From an uncultured Candidatus Saccharibacteria bacterium (GTDB lineage Bacteria; Patescibacteriota; Minisyncoccia; Phycocordibacterales; CSBR16-119): DNA of 64,000 bases. The first letter of the stretch is position 1; the number at the start of each line of letters is the position of its first letter. The stretch covers positions 10,469 through 74,468 of the forward strand of contig CAZPVH010000004.1 in the NCBI GenBank assembly GCA_964589975.1. Reading direction: 5' to 3'. Made by a program: the position numbers and the translations under genes. Below are positions 1 to 8,926 of this stretch, piece after piece. The notes under the pieces are model-generated. The model worked only from the letters and a program-made list of their open reading frames with translations. It did no database searches and was not told the DNA's origin.

Positions 1-7
1 TATTGCC

Positions 8-361
8 ATGAATACTGATACTTTAAGGGGTAAATTATTGGAAGAGCGTGCACAGATTGAAAAGGAAATGAACGACCTTGGCGTCAGGGACCCTGAAACA
101 GGTGACTGGAGTGTCATGGGTGAGCCTGACGGAGAAGAAGCTGATAAGAACGATATGGGTGATCGTGATGAGGAATTCGCTTCAAAAGCAGATACTCTCT
201 CTCAGCTCGAGCTTCGCTACAAAGACATAAATGACGCGCTTTCAAAGATAGAAATGAATGACGGCTCATTTGGAAAGTGCTCCGTCTGCGGTGCTAGCAT
301 AGAAGAAGACCGCCTTATGGCAAATTCGTCCGCCAAAACCTGCAAGGCGCATATGGAATAA
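8..361 (+). CDS. DksA/TraR-family C4-type zinc-finger protein
   Basis: 117 aa, acidic N-terminal coiled-coil region, C-terminal CxxC-(N17)-CxxC motif (CSVCGAS...CKAHME). ATG at position 8; the N-terminus may continue upstream of the window. Confidence 0.55.
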   Translation: MNTDTLRGKLLEERAQIEKEMNDLGVRDPETGDWSVMGEPDGEEADKNDMGDRDEEFASKADTLSQLELRYKDINDALSKIEMNDGSFGKCSVCGASIEEDRLMANSSAKTCKAHME

Positions 362-385
362 CGAACTTTAAACTCCCGGTAATGA

Positions 386-418
386 CTAAAAACCCTTATT
401 TTATAAGGGTTTTTAGTA
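386..418 (+). terminator. rho-independent terminator
   Basis: Stem AAAAACCCTTA/TAAGGGTTTTT followed by a T-run, directly after the DksA-like stop. Confidence 0.5.
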
Positions 419-447
419 TTGACTTTTAGACAAAAATGTGATACTAT
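419..447 (+). promoter_or_regulatory. sigma70-like promoter TTGACT-N17-TACTAT
   Basis: Canonical -35/-10 spacing about 20 nt upstream of the 466 start. Confidence 0.45.
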
Positions 448-465
448 GTACACAGACCAAAACCC

Positions 466-1077
466 TTGAAAATGAAGAACTTCCAGATACTGATCGGTTT
501 TGCCATGGTGTTCCTTCTCGGAATGCTGTTTGGCCAGAAACTAAGAACGAGCGGGGAGTCTATCGCTCAACCCACTGAAGCGAAGAAGGAATTGGCTGTC
601 GCTTCTCATGAGGACAAGATACTCTCAACGAGAGAAGTGACCGATAAGTCCACGAGCGATGATCCTTTTGAGAGCTATGAATTGCTCAACAAAAAGTTGG
701 AACGCGAGCTCATGTATTTGGCCGATTCCTCCGAGGGTGTATACAAGAGAGGCATGCGTCTCATGGAAGACAAGAAGGAGGCCGACATGAAGGCCGCTCT
801 CGCAGAAGCAAAAGCGTCTGACCCCGTGTCTTTCATTAAGTGGAACGATGCGGCCGATCATTCGAACTTCGCTGAGGCGCAAAAGATGGAGCGTTGCGTG
901 GCCTTCAAGAAATTCCGCGAATGGCGGAAATGGGAATACACGGTTTATCAGCCCTATAACGACTCCGCCTATCAAGTGCATTACAAGTTCGTTAACAGTG
1001 TTAAGAATCGGCATGCAAAGCTTCGTGCAAACATGCTTGATTCATTGGAAAAAGCGACAGGACACGCATGTCCCTAG
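466..1077 (+). CDS. hypothetical membrane-anchored protein
   Basis: 203 aa with an N-terminal TM helix (ILIGFAMVFLLGMLF). TTG start at 466; alternative ATG at 472. Confidence 0.5.
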   Translation: MKMKNFQILIGFAMVFLLGMLFGQKLRTSGESIAQPTEAKKELAVASHEDKILSTREVTDKSTSDDPFESYELLNKKLERELMYLADSSEGVYKRGMRLMEDKKEADMKAALAEAKASDPVSFIKWNDAADHSNFAEAQKMERCVAFKKFREWRKWEYTVYQPYNDSAYQVHYKFVNSVKNRHAKLRANMLDSLEKATGHACP

Positions 1078-1098
1078 CTCAATCCTGCGCAGAAATGA

Positions 1099-1130
1099 AA
1101 GGCCCCTCGTCAAGTGAGGGGCCTTTTTGT
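1099..1130. terminator. bidirectional intrinsic terminator
   Basis: GGCCCCTC-loop-GAGGGGCC stem with a T5 run; lies between the convergent genes 466..1077 (+) and 1132..1518 (-). Confidence 0.6.
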
Positions 1131-1131
1131 T

Positions 1132-1518
1132 TCAATGTTTTACGCGCTGGAACTTCTTATTAAGTGACCTGAAGAAGTCTTTCCCTGTGTCTGAAGCGCC
1201 ACCAGCGGTGAATAGACAAAGAAAGACAGAAGCCATACAGATCTTGGCTACGTTGACTGCCCAGGGAATGGTGTTCAGGTCACCAATTACCCAGAAGGCG
1301 CACGTCACGACCCAAGCCAGAATTCCGCCGGCTATAGCAGTCTCACGCAGATTCCGTTCAGAATGAAGTGCGGCCATGATCGCAGTTATCGTAACCAGTA
1401 CCGCGACAATATTCGCAACATGCGGCCAGGCGTAAAGCCATGAGGTATCCAAGGTAAGCCAGAGGACTGTTGTCAGCGTCTCGTAACGCATAAAGCGACG
1501 ATTGTCGGGTTTCGGCAT
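1132..1518 (-). CDS. hypothetical small integral membrane protein
   Basis: 128 aa with 3–4 predicted TM helices. Confidence 0.5.
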   Translation of the reverse strand: MPKPDNRRFMRYETLTTVLWLTLDTSWLYAWPHVANIVAVLVTITAIMAALHSERNLRETAIAGGILAWVVTCAFWVIGDLNTIPWAVNVAKICMASVFLCLFTAGGASDTGKDFFRSLNKKFQRVKH

Positions 1519-1643
1519 CGGTGGTTGGTTTTTTGCAATACTACAGTATTCTAGTTTTTTGTAAATGACCTTAAATATTCTTTTTCACAATTTTAATTTT
1601 TAAATACTTAATACTGTATACCTAATACTGTATACTTTTAAAC

Positions 1644-3149
1644 ATGTCATTCTCACGAGTGTATTCGGCTCAGGTGAATGTTCTCGATGGACAGCTCATC
1701 ACAGTCGAAACTGACCTCACAAAGAAAACTTTGCATAATTTCATGATTGTCGGCCTGGCAGACAAGGCCGTCGATGAGGCGCGCGACCGCGTTGGTTCGG
1801 CGATAAAGAATTCCGGCTATAAGTCCCCGAAACAATCTAATCAAAAAATTGTGGTCTCGCTCTCGCCAGCATCGGTGAAGAAAGAGGGATCATATTTCGA
1901 CCTTGCCATCGCGCTCGGCTACTTGCTCTCGAACGAAGAACTAAAATTTGATCCCGAAGGCAAGATCTTTATCGGCGAGCTCTCACTCGATGGGGAATTG
2001 AAACCGGTCAAAGGAATTCTCCCTCTTGCCAAATCCGCCAAGGAACTCGGATTCAAGGAAGTTTTTGTTCCAGCGGGTAACGCCAAGGAAGCAGCGCTAA
2101 TTGAAGGCCTCAGTATTTATCCGGTGAAAAACCTAAAGGAGGCAATAGACCACCTAAACGCGGAGAATAAGTTCTGTATAAATTGCCAAGAAGTGACACC
2201 GATCACTTACAAAGAAACTTTCGGAGGAAACGACTTCTCTGATATTCGGGGGCAAGAGCTCGCCAAAAGGGGACTCGAGATTGCCGCGGCCGGCGGGCAT
2301 AACATTGCCATGTATGGGCCGCCCGGAACGGGTAAGACTATGCTCGCCAGGGCATTTTCTGGAATCCTTCCCGGGCTTTCGAAAGATGATGTGCTCGAGG
2401 TTACCGCCATTCACTCTATCGCCGGCATACTTGAGGATTCTTTGGTGACGGAGAGACCTTTTCGAAGCCCGCATTCGACAAGTAGCTATGTTTCGGTAAT
2501 TGGCGGAGGAACATTTCCGAAGCCGGGCGAGGTGACGCTCGCGCACAAGGGCGTACTTTTCCTCGACGAGTTTCCGGAATTCGATAGACGAGTCCTCGAA
2601 TCTCTTCGTCAGCCCCTCGAAGACCGGGTTGTGCACATTTCCCGCGCCAAAGGCTCGGCGTCATATCCGACGAACTTTATTCTGGTCGCGGCCATGAACC
2701 CGCCACCAGCGAACGCGACAGCGGGAGACATTGTCAGGTATCGTCGGAAAATCTCGGGTCCCATTATGGACCGCATCGACCTATGGGTGAATGTTCTAAA
2801 TATTGATTACGACAAATTGGGGTCAAAAGTAAAAGAAGGCGAGGAAAGTTCTGTCATAAAGAAAAGAGTTCTTGCCGCCAGAAAAAAACAAGAAGAGCGA
2901 CTAAAGAATTCTAGAGCTAATACGAATTCAGAGATGGGCGTGAAGGATATTGATAAGCTGATTGAGATTTCAAAAGAAGTGAGAGATATATTAAACACAA
3001 CAGCCAAGAAGCTGAATCTTTCCGCTCGCGCGTATCATAGGGTAATAAAGCTTTCGCGCACAATTGCAGACCTAGACGGTACTGAGAATATTGAGATGAA
3101 GCATGTGCTGGAGGCCCTGCAGTATCGGCCTAAGCAAGAAGAATACTAA
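1644..3149 (+). CDS. comM: YifB/ComM family Mg-chelatase-like AAA+ ATPase
   Basis: N-terminal Lon-like domain; Walker A GPPGTGKTMLA; VLFLDEFPEF Walker B; conserved C-terminal region of the ComM/YifB family. Confidence 0.85.
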   Translation: MSFSRVYSAQVNVLDGQLITVETDLTKKTLHNFMIVGLADKAVDEARDRVGSAIKNSGYKSPKQSNQKIVVSLSPASVKKEGSYFDLAIALGYLLSNEELKFDPEGKIFIGELSLDGELKPVKGILPLAKSAKELGFKEVFVPAGNAKEAALIEGLSIYPVKNLKEAIDHLNAENKFCINCQEVTPITYKETFGGNDFSDIRGQELAKRGLEIAAAGGHNIAMYGPPGTGKTMLARAFSGILPGLSKDDVLEVTAIHSIAGILEDSLVTERPFRSPHSTSSYVSVIGGGTFPKPGEVTLAHKGVLFLDEFPEFDRRVLESLRQPLEDRVVHISRAKGSASYPTNFILVAAMNPPPANATAGDIVRYRRKISGPIMDRIDLWVNVLNIDYDKLGSKVKEGEESSVIKKRVLAARKKQEERLKNSRANTNSEMGVKDIDKLIEISKEVRDILNTTAKKLNLSARAYHRVIKLSRTIADLDGTENIEMKHVLEALQYRPKQEEY

Positions 3150-3176
3150 GGGCTCCGCTACTGCTCCGCTAAAAGA

Positions 3177-3208
3177 GAAAAGCCGCACCTTACGGCGCGG
3201 CTTTTCGA
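3177..3208. terminator. intrinsic terminator (bidirectional)
   Basis: AGCCGCACC-TTAC-GGCGCGGCT hairpin plus T-run between convergent genes. Confidence 0.5.
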
Positions 3209-3249
3209 TCCCGCAGGAGGAAGAGGAGTATGTTTTGCGGAGTACCCCT

Positions 3250-4344
3250 CTAGTACATTTTTTCTAGGATTCCGATTCCATTGATGCCGCTGTTGCCCGT
3301 GCGGATCTCGACGTGAAGGTGTGGTCCAGTGGAGCGTCCGGTTGAGCCAACGCCACCAATGACGTCGCCCTGCTTCACAGTCTGGCCTTGTTTGACAGAA
3401 ATGCTAGAGAGGTGAGCGTAGAGAGTCTGAGTGCCATTGTCGTGTCCGATGATGACGAGTCCGCCGTATCCGCCGTTGTAAGCAGTAGTAGGCTTCACCA
3501 CCATGACGCGACCACTCGCCATTGCCCAGACGGCTGTGCCCGTCTTCGCGCCGATGTCTATAGCTTTATATCGGTCATGAACGCCCTGAGTTTTTACGCC
3601 CTTGACTGGTTTGATGTAGTAGCCGTTTGGAGCTTCCTTTGACGGCGCGCCTTTTGTTGTCGGTTTCTTCGTTTCTGTCGGGGCCTCCATTTCTTCGCCG
3701 TTCGGGATGATGATCTCAGTTCCGACGGCCAAAGCTTCGCCTTCTTCTATACCATTGAAAAGAGAGATTTCGCGGGCGTCAGCTTTGTACTTCTTCGCGA
3801 TGCTTGCAAATGTGTCGCCCTTGGCAACCTTGTGCTTGATTCCGGAGATCGGGAGGATGATAAGCTCCTGGCCAGGTTTTACTGTGCCTTTAACGTCTAT
3901 ATCGTTCGCCCAGCGAATGGTGTTAGGCGAAATTCCGAACATTTCGGCGATCTGGCCCAAAGTGTCGCCCTCGCGGACCGTGTATATAGAGATGTCGTCC
4001 GGGGAAGCGGAAACGATCTTTTCAGCCTCCTTTGTATCAGCGACTGGAGTCGTGTTTGGAACCAGAGCCTCGTCGTCAGTCATTAGAGGGTCCGGGCCGC
4101 CAACGGCGCCTTTCGGATCAGGGCGAGCTTTGGAGTTCAAGAGGGTAAGGGTCTGGGAGTTATAGAGGTTTGTCTCCGGGGAATACAGGTTCTCCTGGTC
4201 AGATCGGGCGACGCTCTGGCTGGAGAGATATGGGAGAACGAAAAAAGCCGCAATAGCTGCCAAAGAAAAACAGGCTTTTTTCGTGAAAAGCCGATTTAAA
4301 AGAGGTTTTTTGATTCCTGCCCCTTTAGCATTGATGGAAGGCAC
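3250..4344 (-). CDS. LysM-domain peptidase M23 (cell-wall endopeptidase)
   Basis: Signal/TM N-terminus; two LysM motifs (YTVREGDTLGQIAEMFGISPNTI, HKVAKGDTFASIAKKYKAD); C-terminal M23 signature GHDNGTQTLYAHL...GSTGRSTGPHLHVE. Confidence 0.85.
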   Translation of the reverse strand: MPSINAKGAGIKKPLLNRLFTKKACFSLAAIAAFFVLPYLSSQSVARSDQENLYSPETNLYNSQTLTLLNSKARPDPKGAVGGPDPLMTDDEALVPNTTPVADTKEAEKIVSASPDDISIYTVREGDTLGQIAEMFGISPNTIRWANDIDVKGTVKPGQELIILPISGIKHKVAKGDTFASIAKKYKADAREISLFNGIEEGEALAVGTEIIIPNGEEMEAPTETKKPTTKGAPSKEAPNGYYIKPVKGVKTQGVHDRYKAIDIGAKTGTAVWAMASGRVMVVKPTTAYNGGYGGLVIIGHDNGTQTLYAHLSSISVKQGQTVKQGDVIGGVGSTGRSTGPHLHVEIRTGNSGINGIGILEKMY

Positions 4345-4596
4345 GGAATCTTGTGAGTTTTTTCTTATAAGCCTATGTTTAACCTTTGTCTTACCTTAGC
4401 ATCCTGTATTTCTGTCGCTCCGGGCTATAAAACAAAAATTTGAGCTATTTCTGACTCCTTGAGGACATCAGAGGTAACCCATGAGAACAATCCTATCGGA
4501 TAGCCCCGGGGGAGTCAACGCAAATGTGGATAACCTCAAAACCTTGACGACAGGTAAAGAAGTATTGTCCACTTGGCCTATTTCTAAAGGCTTTTA

Positions 4597-4611
4597 TGAT
4601 ATAATTTCCCC
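4597..4611 (+). promoter_or_regulatory. extended -10 promoter (TGaTATAAT) 6 nt upstream of the ATG (leaderless)
   Basis: TGATATAAT-TTCCCC-ATG; an identical module sits upstream of the gene at 22315. Confidence 0.45.
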
Positions 4612-7600
4612 ATGAATTTGGAATCTAGAAAAACCAAAGATTTGGGTGAGTTGGCCGATATTCTAAAAACGGCCGAAGCAGAGGATCGGCAGAAGGAGGG
4701 AGTAAGGGCGATGGAGGAGGTCCAAGCTCGGGCCAGAGAAGAAGCCGAAAAGGATAAAGCTGCAGAAAATGTACAGATCGATGTTTCAGGAGTTGAGCCG
4801 GAAGTTACCCAAGAATTCGAAAAGTCTCAAGAACAGCACGGAGGGTACAGATGGGAGAACGGTGACGGGAAGACTTTTCAGCCTCTTTTAAAACAAATAG
4901 ACCGTATCGCCTTGGAAGAACTCACTAAGGCCCAGATAAAGAAATATGCTGAAGAGATCGCCAAGGGGAATTATCCTTCTAAGGCAGGGTCCATAAAATT
5001 TTTTAATGAACACGAACAAGAGATAGACCGAGAGGTGCAGATCATAAAGGCAAAGGATAAGGAAGCAAATCTAAAGGAGACTATTTCAAATAATTTTCCA
5101 AATAGTGAGAAGCCTTCTGGGGCAACCGAGAAGAAGTCGAGTGGTGTTGGCCGCATGAGGTTCGACGGCACTGATCCTTATGGACTTCGGATAAATAAGC
5201 AGATCAGGTATTCCAAATCACCTGAAAATTCAGCCAAATCTGCAGAAACTACAGAATCAGCATTTGCAAGATGGGATGGGAAGCAAGAAAGGATTCATCT
5301 TGAGCCCGGTTCGCAAGTTCGGGCTGGTTCGATTGAGGCGGAGCGCGAACCTGTTGGCCGGCCGGAATCTTTTAAGTTGGACACAAAACCAGAAGGCCTA
5401 CCCAAAGAAGCTCCACGATTTGGAGAGGTGGAATCTCATGCCAGGGCTGGAGGAAAGACCATAATTAGTGAGAAAGCCCCTGCCGCGCCAACTGCTGCTC
5501 CGGAAAAGCCTAACGGGAAGGAACGAGTGGAGAAACCGGTTATTGAAAGGACAGAGGCACCTAAGCCTAATCCTGCGTCAGAAAGACTTCAAACGCCAGC
5601 TGCTGCATTTGAGGGGCGAACGGAAACGAAGTCTGAATCAAATAAGGAGCTTGACGGTCTTGTTCAATTCAATCTCGGAAAATTTGGCATTATTAACGGC
5701 AATGATACCGAAGAAGCTAAGGGCCTCAAGATGGCAGAACTTCGCCGTGAAATACCAGAGTTCTTTGCTCTCTCGTCAGCACAACAGCTCTATGCCCTTG
5801 AGAAGCTTAGTCAGAAAAAGTCACACAATCTAGATGTGGAGACCAAGCGAGCTATCAAAGACGCTGACGCCACTAATAAGAAGGGCGGAATATTCGGACG
5901 TATTGGACGAGGTCTCACCAGAACTGGACGCACTGCGACGCTTCGCAAAAAAACATTGGAAGAGATGAAAAAGGGCGGTCTTGCAAGCTATAAAGAAGAT
6001 CTTCAGGGAATTGCTGGATTCACGCTTGCTCGCGGCAAACAGATCGAGGTTGGAGAGAAGGGTATGGTTATAAAATTCGTTAATCGCGGTGAAGAGGTAG
6101 AAGGAAAGCATGGAAAAATCATAGACGCGTATAACCGCGCTGCCACAGCTTTGGCCGAAACGCCGTACGTTCACACAACAGGCGATCTTACGCCTCTTGA
6201 AATAGTGGCCAGAAATAAATTCAAAAAGGCGGAAAAGGCTTTTGAGGCGGCACGAGCAGAACTTATGGCGTTCGAAGGAAAGGGTCTTCCGCCAGAAGAG
6301 ATGAAAAAGAAAGTTCTTGAATTCTCAAACCTCGATGATGATATTCGTCTGAACCAGGCATACTCATATGATTCAAAAGATCTCTACGGCGATACAAGCA
6401 TTTGGAACAAGATGGGCCAGATCGCGAATGATTACAAGATAACCGAAAAGGGCGGTTACGCTCTATCCGGTTTCGCGGCACGAACAATGGGCAAATACGC
6501 TCTTGGACTCGGCGGCGGCGTAGTCGCGTCTTCATTTATGGGAGGACTCCGCGGCTGGATAAGCAAGCGTCAGGAATTCAAAGAACTTGCAGAGCGAAAA
6601 CGCTCGGGCGATGACGTTAAAGGCAAAGAAGCTGTCGGGGTTAAAGAGGTTATTGACGGCGCTAGCTATGCGGCAAAGATAGACAAGCTTATTGCCGAGA
6701 TAGAAAACGCAAAAAGTCCGAAGCGAGACGCGCTCATCCAGAGTTTGCAGAACCGAGTTATGATTGCGCGCGAGCGTGATGAAATGGGACTTGTAAACTT
6801 TGGCAAAGCTAACAAAGAATTGGCGGCGAAATATGACTTCTTCCGAGCGCTGAAGGCTGCCAATAGAATTCTTCTTGAAACTGATCCGGAGGTCATGAAG
6901 ACGGCTGATGCTGTGGCGGAAAGAATGCAGTCGCTCTATTTCAAAGATGAAATAAAAGATGTAGAAAAGAAAAAAGCGATCAAGGCATCAATCAAGCGTG
7001 GCGCTATAGCTGGGGCAGGATTCTTTGTCGGAGGCTTTATTGCAAACGACCTGGCTTTCCATAATGGCGAATGGACGAAAGGCGCTATCAAAGATGTATC
7101 TGACCTGAGCGAGAAGGCTCTTGGAGAGCTAAAAGAATTCGCCAAGGAAGCAAACGCAGCAGCGAATGTGCAGTTTGCGAAACTGGGAAGACTTGGCCTT
7201 GACGCTATAGACGGAAACAGCGCCATGAATCCTGAAGCTACAGGCATCAATAAGCCTAGTTTCCATAAAGTTGAAGTCATGCCGGAAATTCCACGGCTTG
7301 AGCAGACGTTTTCTATGGTGGGCGGACGAGGAGCGATTGGCGCTATCGATGAACTTCAGGAGAAACTTCTGGCTCGCTATGGCGAGAACATGCCGGAGAA
7401 TTTGAAAGCCTTTATGGCGGCCAAGCCGGAGAAGCTCGCGATTGATTGGGGCTTTTATCGCCCAGGCGAAGAGGCTGAGAGCGCCGCTGTTATGAAAGGC
7501 GCGAAGTTTGGTATTACAAACGAAGGCCAGATTACGTTTGAAGATCATGAGGGCAATGTTGTCAGACTTGGTGGCGGCGAGAAATTTGCCGGCCGAATGT

Positions 7601-8775
7601 ATGACGGTAGTCCAAAGGCGGCAGCTGCCATCGTTGACGAGACCCCGCGAGTTGATTTTGCTGACATTGAGGCGCAGCACCAGGCGACTGGCTGGGAACA
7701 TCAGAACGCTGGTACCGGCGAAATATTCTCAAGAGAAGTTCCTATGCAGCCTGGAATGGGCGGGGCGAATGCGGAGCTCATGGCTTCGACAAGCGGTGGT
7801 CCTGTCGGAGCTGAAACTATTGGCACCATCTCTGGCGTGCCGCCTGAAGGAATGTCAGTCGCGACCCCTGAAATACGGGGAACAGTGGTGGCCAAGTACG
7901 ACGACTTCGGTCGCGTGACTCGCATGGCGTGGGCGCCGCAGAGCAGGATTGATGAAGTCGTAAAATTCAAAGCGACTCCTGATAAATTCCTAGTTGATGA
8001 CCTGGAGCACTCAGGTCTTAAGTACCCGACTCGCTCTTTTGGCACATCAGAGCTTCGAAATACCGAGATGACAAAATACTGCATCTCATATCTTGAGTGG
8101 CGAAACATGCTGAAGTCAGGCGGTTTCCAGCCGGGATCACCGGAGTATAACTACATCACCGGTCAGATGAGACTAGTTGGCTCAGCTATCGAAGCCAAGT
8201 CGGGAGCAATCTTCCGTCCGATCCAAGAAGACGGGATTCTCCGAGGCCTCAAGGCTCCAAGAATAGAAAATATCCCGACAGCTCCAGCGAGTCCGATGCC
8301 ACCAGAGCCGGAAATGCCCAGCGCCAAGGCGCCGGCCCCGGTAGAAGATTTCACCGGTCGCCCAGGCTCATCTGAAGTATTGAAATTCCAGGATGGGAAT
8401 GGGGTAAAAGCCAAGCTTGAATTCTTGAAAGACGAGAACGGAAAGATATATGGCATCGGCAAGGAAAGCGGTATGAAAACGCCTTTTGATAATAATTCCG
8501 AGAAGTTCTTGGAAGATAATTGGAAAGACTTGGCAAAGGCCGAGGCTGAGGCCAAGGGCAAGGATCTTAGAATATTTGAGAAGCAGATAGAGCTCCGAGC
8601 AAAGAACTACGTCCAATACGAAACCCTGATCAAAAGCAGCTTCTTCAAAGATCTTCCGCCAGATGGTCAGGAAGTTATCAAGCAAGAATTGGCGAAAATA
8701 GTGAGTCGCTATGACAAATTCCTCAAAAATGAGCAATATGCCGATATCGCGGCATCTATAAAGGGCAGATCATAA
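4612..8775 (+). CDS. very large (1387 aa) acidic coiled-coil hypothetical protein
   Basis: Single uninterrupted ORF, highly charged K/E-rich, one internal hydrophobic Gly-rich segment, no recognisable catalytic motif. Confidence 0.6.
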   Translation: MNLESRKTKDLGELADILKTAEAEDRQKEGVRAMEEVQARAREEAEKDKAAENVQIDVSGVEPEVTQEFEKSQEQHGGYRWENGDGKTFQPLLKQIDRIALEELTKAQIKKYAEEIAKGNYPSKAGSIKFFNEHEQEIDREVQIIKAKDKEANLKETISNNFPNSEKPSGATEKKSSGVGRMRFDGTDPYGLRINKQIRYSKSPENSAKSAETTESAFARWDGKQERIHLEPGSQVRAGSIEAEREPVGRPESFKLDTKPEGLPKEAPRFGEVESHARAGGKTIISEKAPAAPTAAPEKPNGKERVEKPVIERTEAPKPNPASERLQTPAAAFEGRTETKSESNKELDGLVQFNLGKFGIINGNDTEEAKGLKMAELRREIPEFFALSSAQQLYALEKLSQKKSHNLDVETKRAIKDADATNKKGGIFGRIGRGLTRTGRTATLRKKTLEEMKKGGLASYKEDLQGIAGFTLARGKQIEVGEKGMVIKFVNRGEEVEGKHGKIIDAYNRAATALAETPYVHTTGDLTPLEIVARNKFKKAEKAFEAARAELMAFEGKGLPPEEMKKKVLEFSNLDDDIRLNQAYSYDSKDLYGDTSIWNKMGQIANDYKITEKGGYALSGFAARTMGKYALGLGGGVVASSFMGGLRGWISKRQEFKELAERKRSGDDVKGKEAVGVKEVIDGASYAAKIDKLIAEIENAKSPKRDALIQSLQNRVMIARERDEMGLVNFGKANKELAAKYDFFRALKAANRILLETDPEVMKTADAVAERMQSLYFKDEIKDVEKKKAIKASIKRGAIAGAGFFVGGFIANDLAFHNGEWTKGAIKDVSDLSEKALGELKEFAKEANAAANVQFAKLGRLGLDAIDGNSAMNPEATGINKPSFHKVEVMPEIPRLEQTFSMVGGRGAIGAIDELQEKLLARYGENMPENLKAFMAAKPEKLAIDWGFYRPGEEAESAAVMKGAKFGITNEGQITFEDHEGNVVRLGGGEKFAGRMYDGSPKAAAAIVDETPRVDFADIEAQHQATGWEHQNAGTGEIFSREVPMQPGMGGANAELMASTSGGPVGAETIGTISGVPPEGMSVATPEIRGTVVAKYDDFGRVTRMAWAPQSRIDEVVKFKATPDKFLVDDLEHSGLKYPTRSFGTSELRNTEMTKYCISYLEWRNMLKSGGFQPGSPEYNYITGQMRLVGSAIEAKSGAIFRPIQEDGILRGLKAPRIENIPTAPASPMPPEPEMPSAKAPAPVEDFTGRPGSSEVLKFQDGNGVKAKLEFLKDENGKIYGIGKESGMKTPFDNNSEKFLEDNWKDLAKAEAEAKGKDLRIFEKQIELRAKNYVQYETLIKSSFFKDLPPDGQEVIKQELAKIVSRYDKFLKNEQYADIAASIKGRS

Positions 8776-8795
8776 AGTCTCGTGATATAGTGTTG

Positions 8796-8926
8796 TGATG
8801 AATCCCGTTAGTGACCGCGGTCGCTAGCGAGAATTCGTTATCTGAATATGGAATTCTTACTTTATACAAATATTAGTACTATGGCAGTTTGCGGGACGAC
8901 CGCGACCTGTCACTAACGGGATGAAT
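8796..8926. repeat. MITE-like palindromic element (family 2) with about 24-bp terminal inverted repeats and GATGAAT/ATGAAT flanking direct repeat
   Basis: Left arm GAATCCCGTTAGTGACCGCGGTCG, right arm CGACCGCGACCTGTCACTAACGGGAT. The right arm ends at the ATG of the downstream helicase gene. Confidence 0.45.

Noticed and set aside
848-1117. Overlapping same-strand and opposite-strand ORFs (848..1117+, 625..1014-) inside gene 466..1077.
   Set aside because: Alternative frames of the same region. The 203-aa frame has a coherent TM helix and a terminator directly after it, whereas the others do not.
1600-1630. LexA/SOS box upstream of comM.
   Set aside because: It contains CTGTAT half-sites but no CTGT-N8-ACAG palindrome. 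It is reported only as a direct repeat.
2154-2636. Antisense ORFs of 60–190 aa inside comM, the 1387-aa gene, the VirB6-like gene, secY and others (for example 2154..2636-, 7129..7701-, 16343..16888-, 63508..63744-).
   Set aside because: They lie entirely within strongly supported genes on the opposite strand, have no start context or promoters and show skewed composition typical of shadow ORFs.
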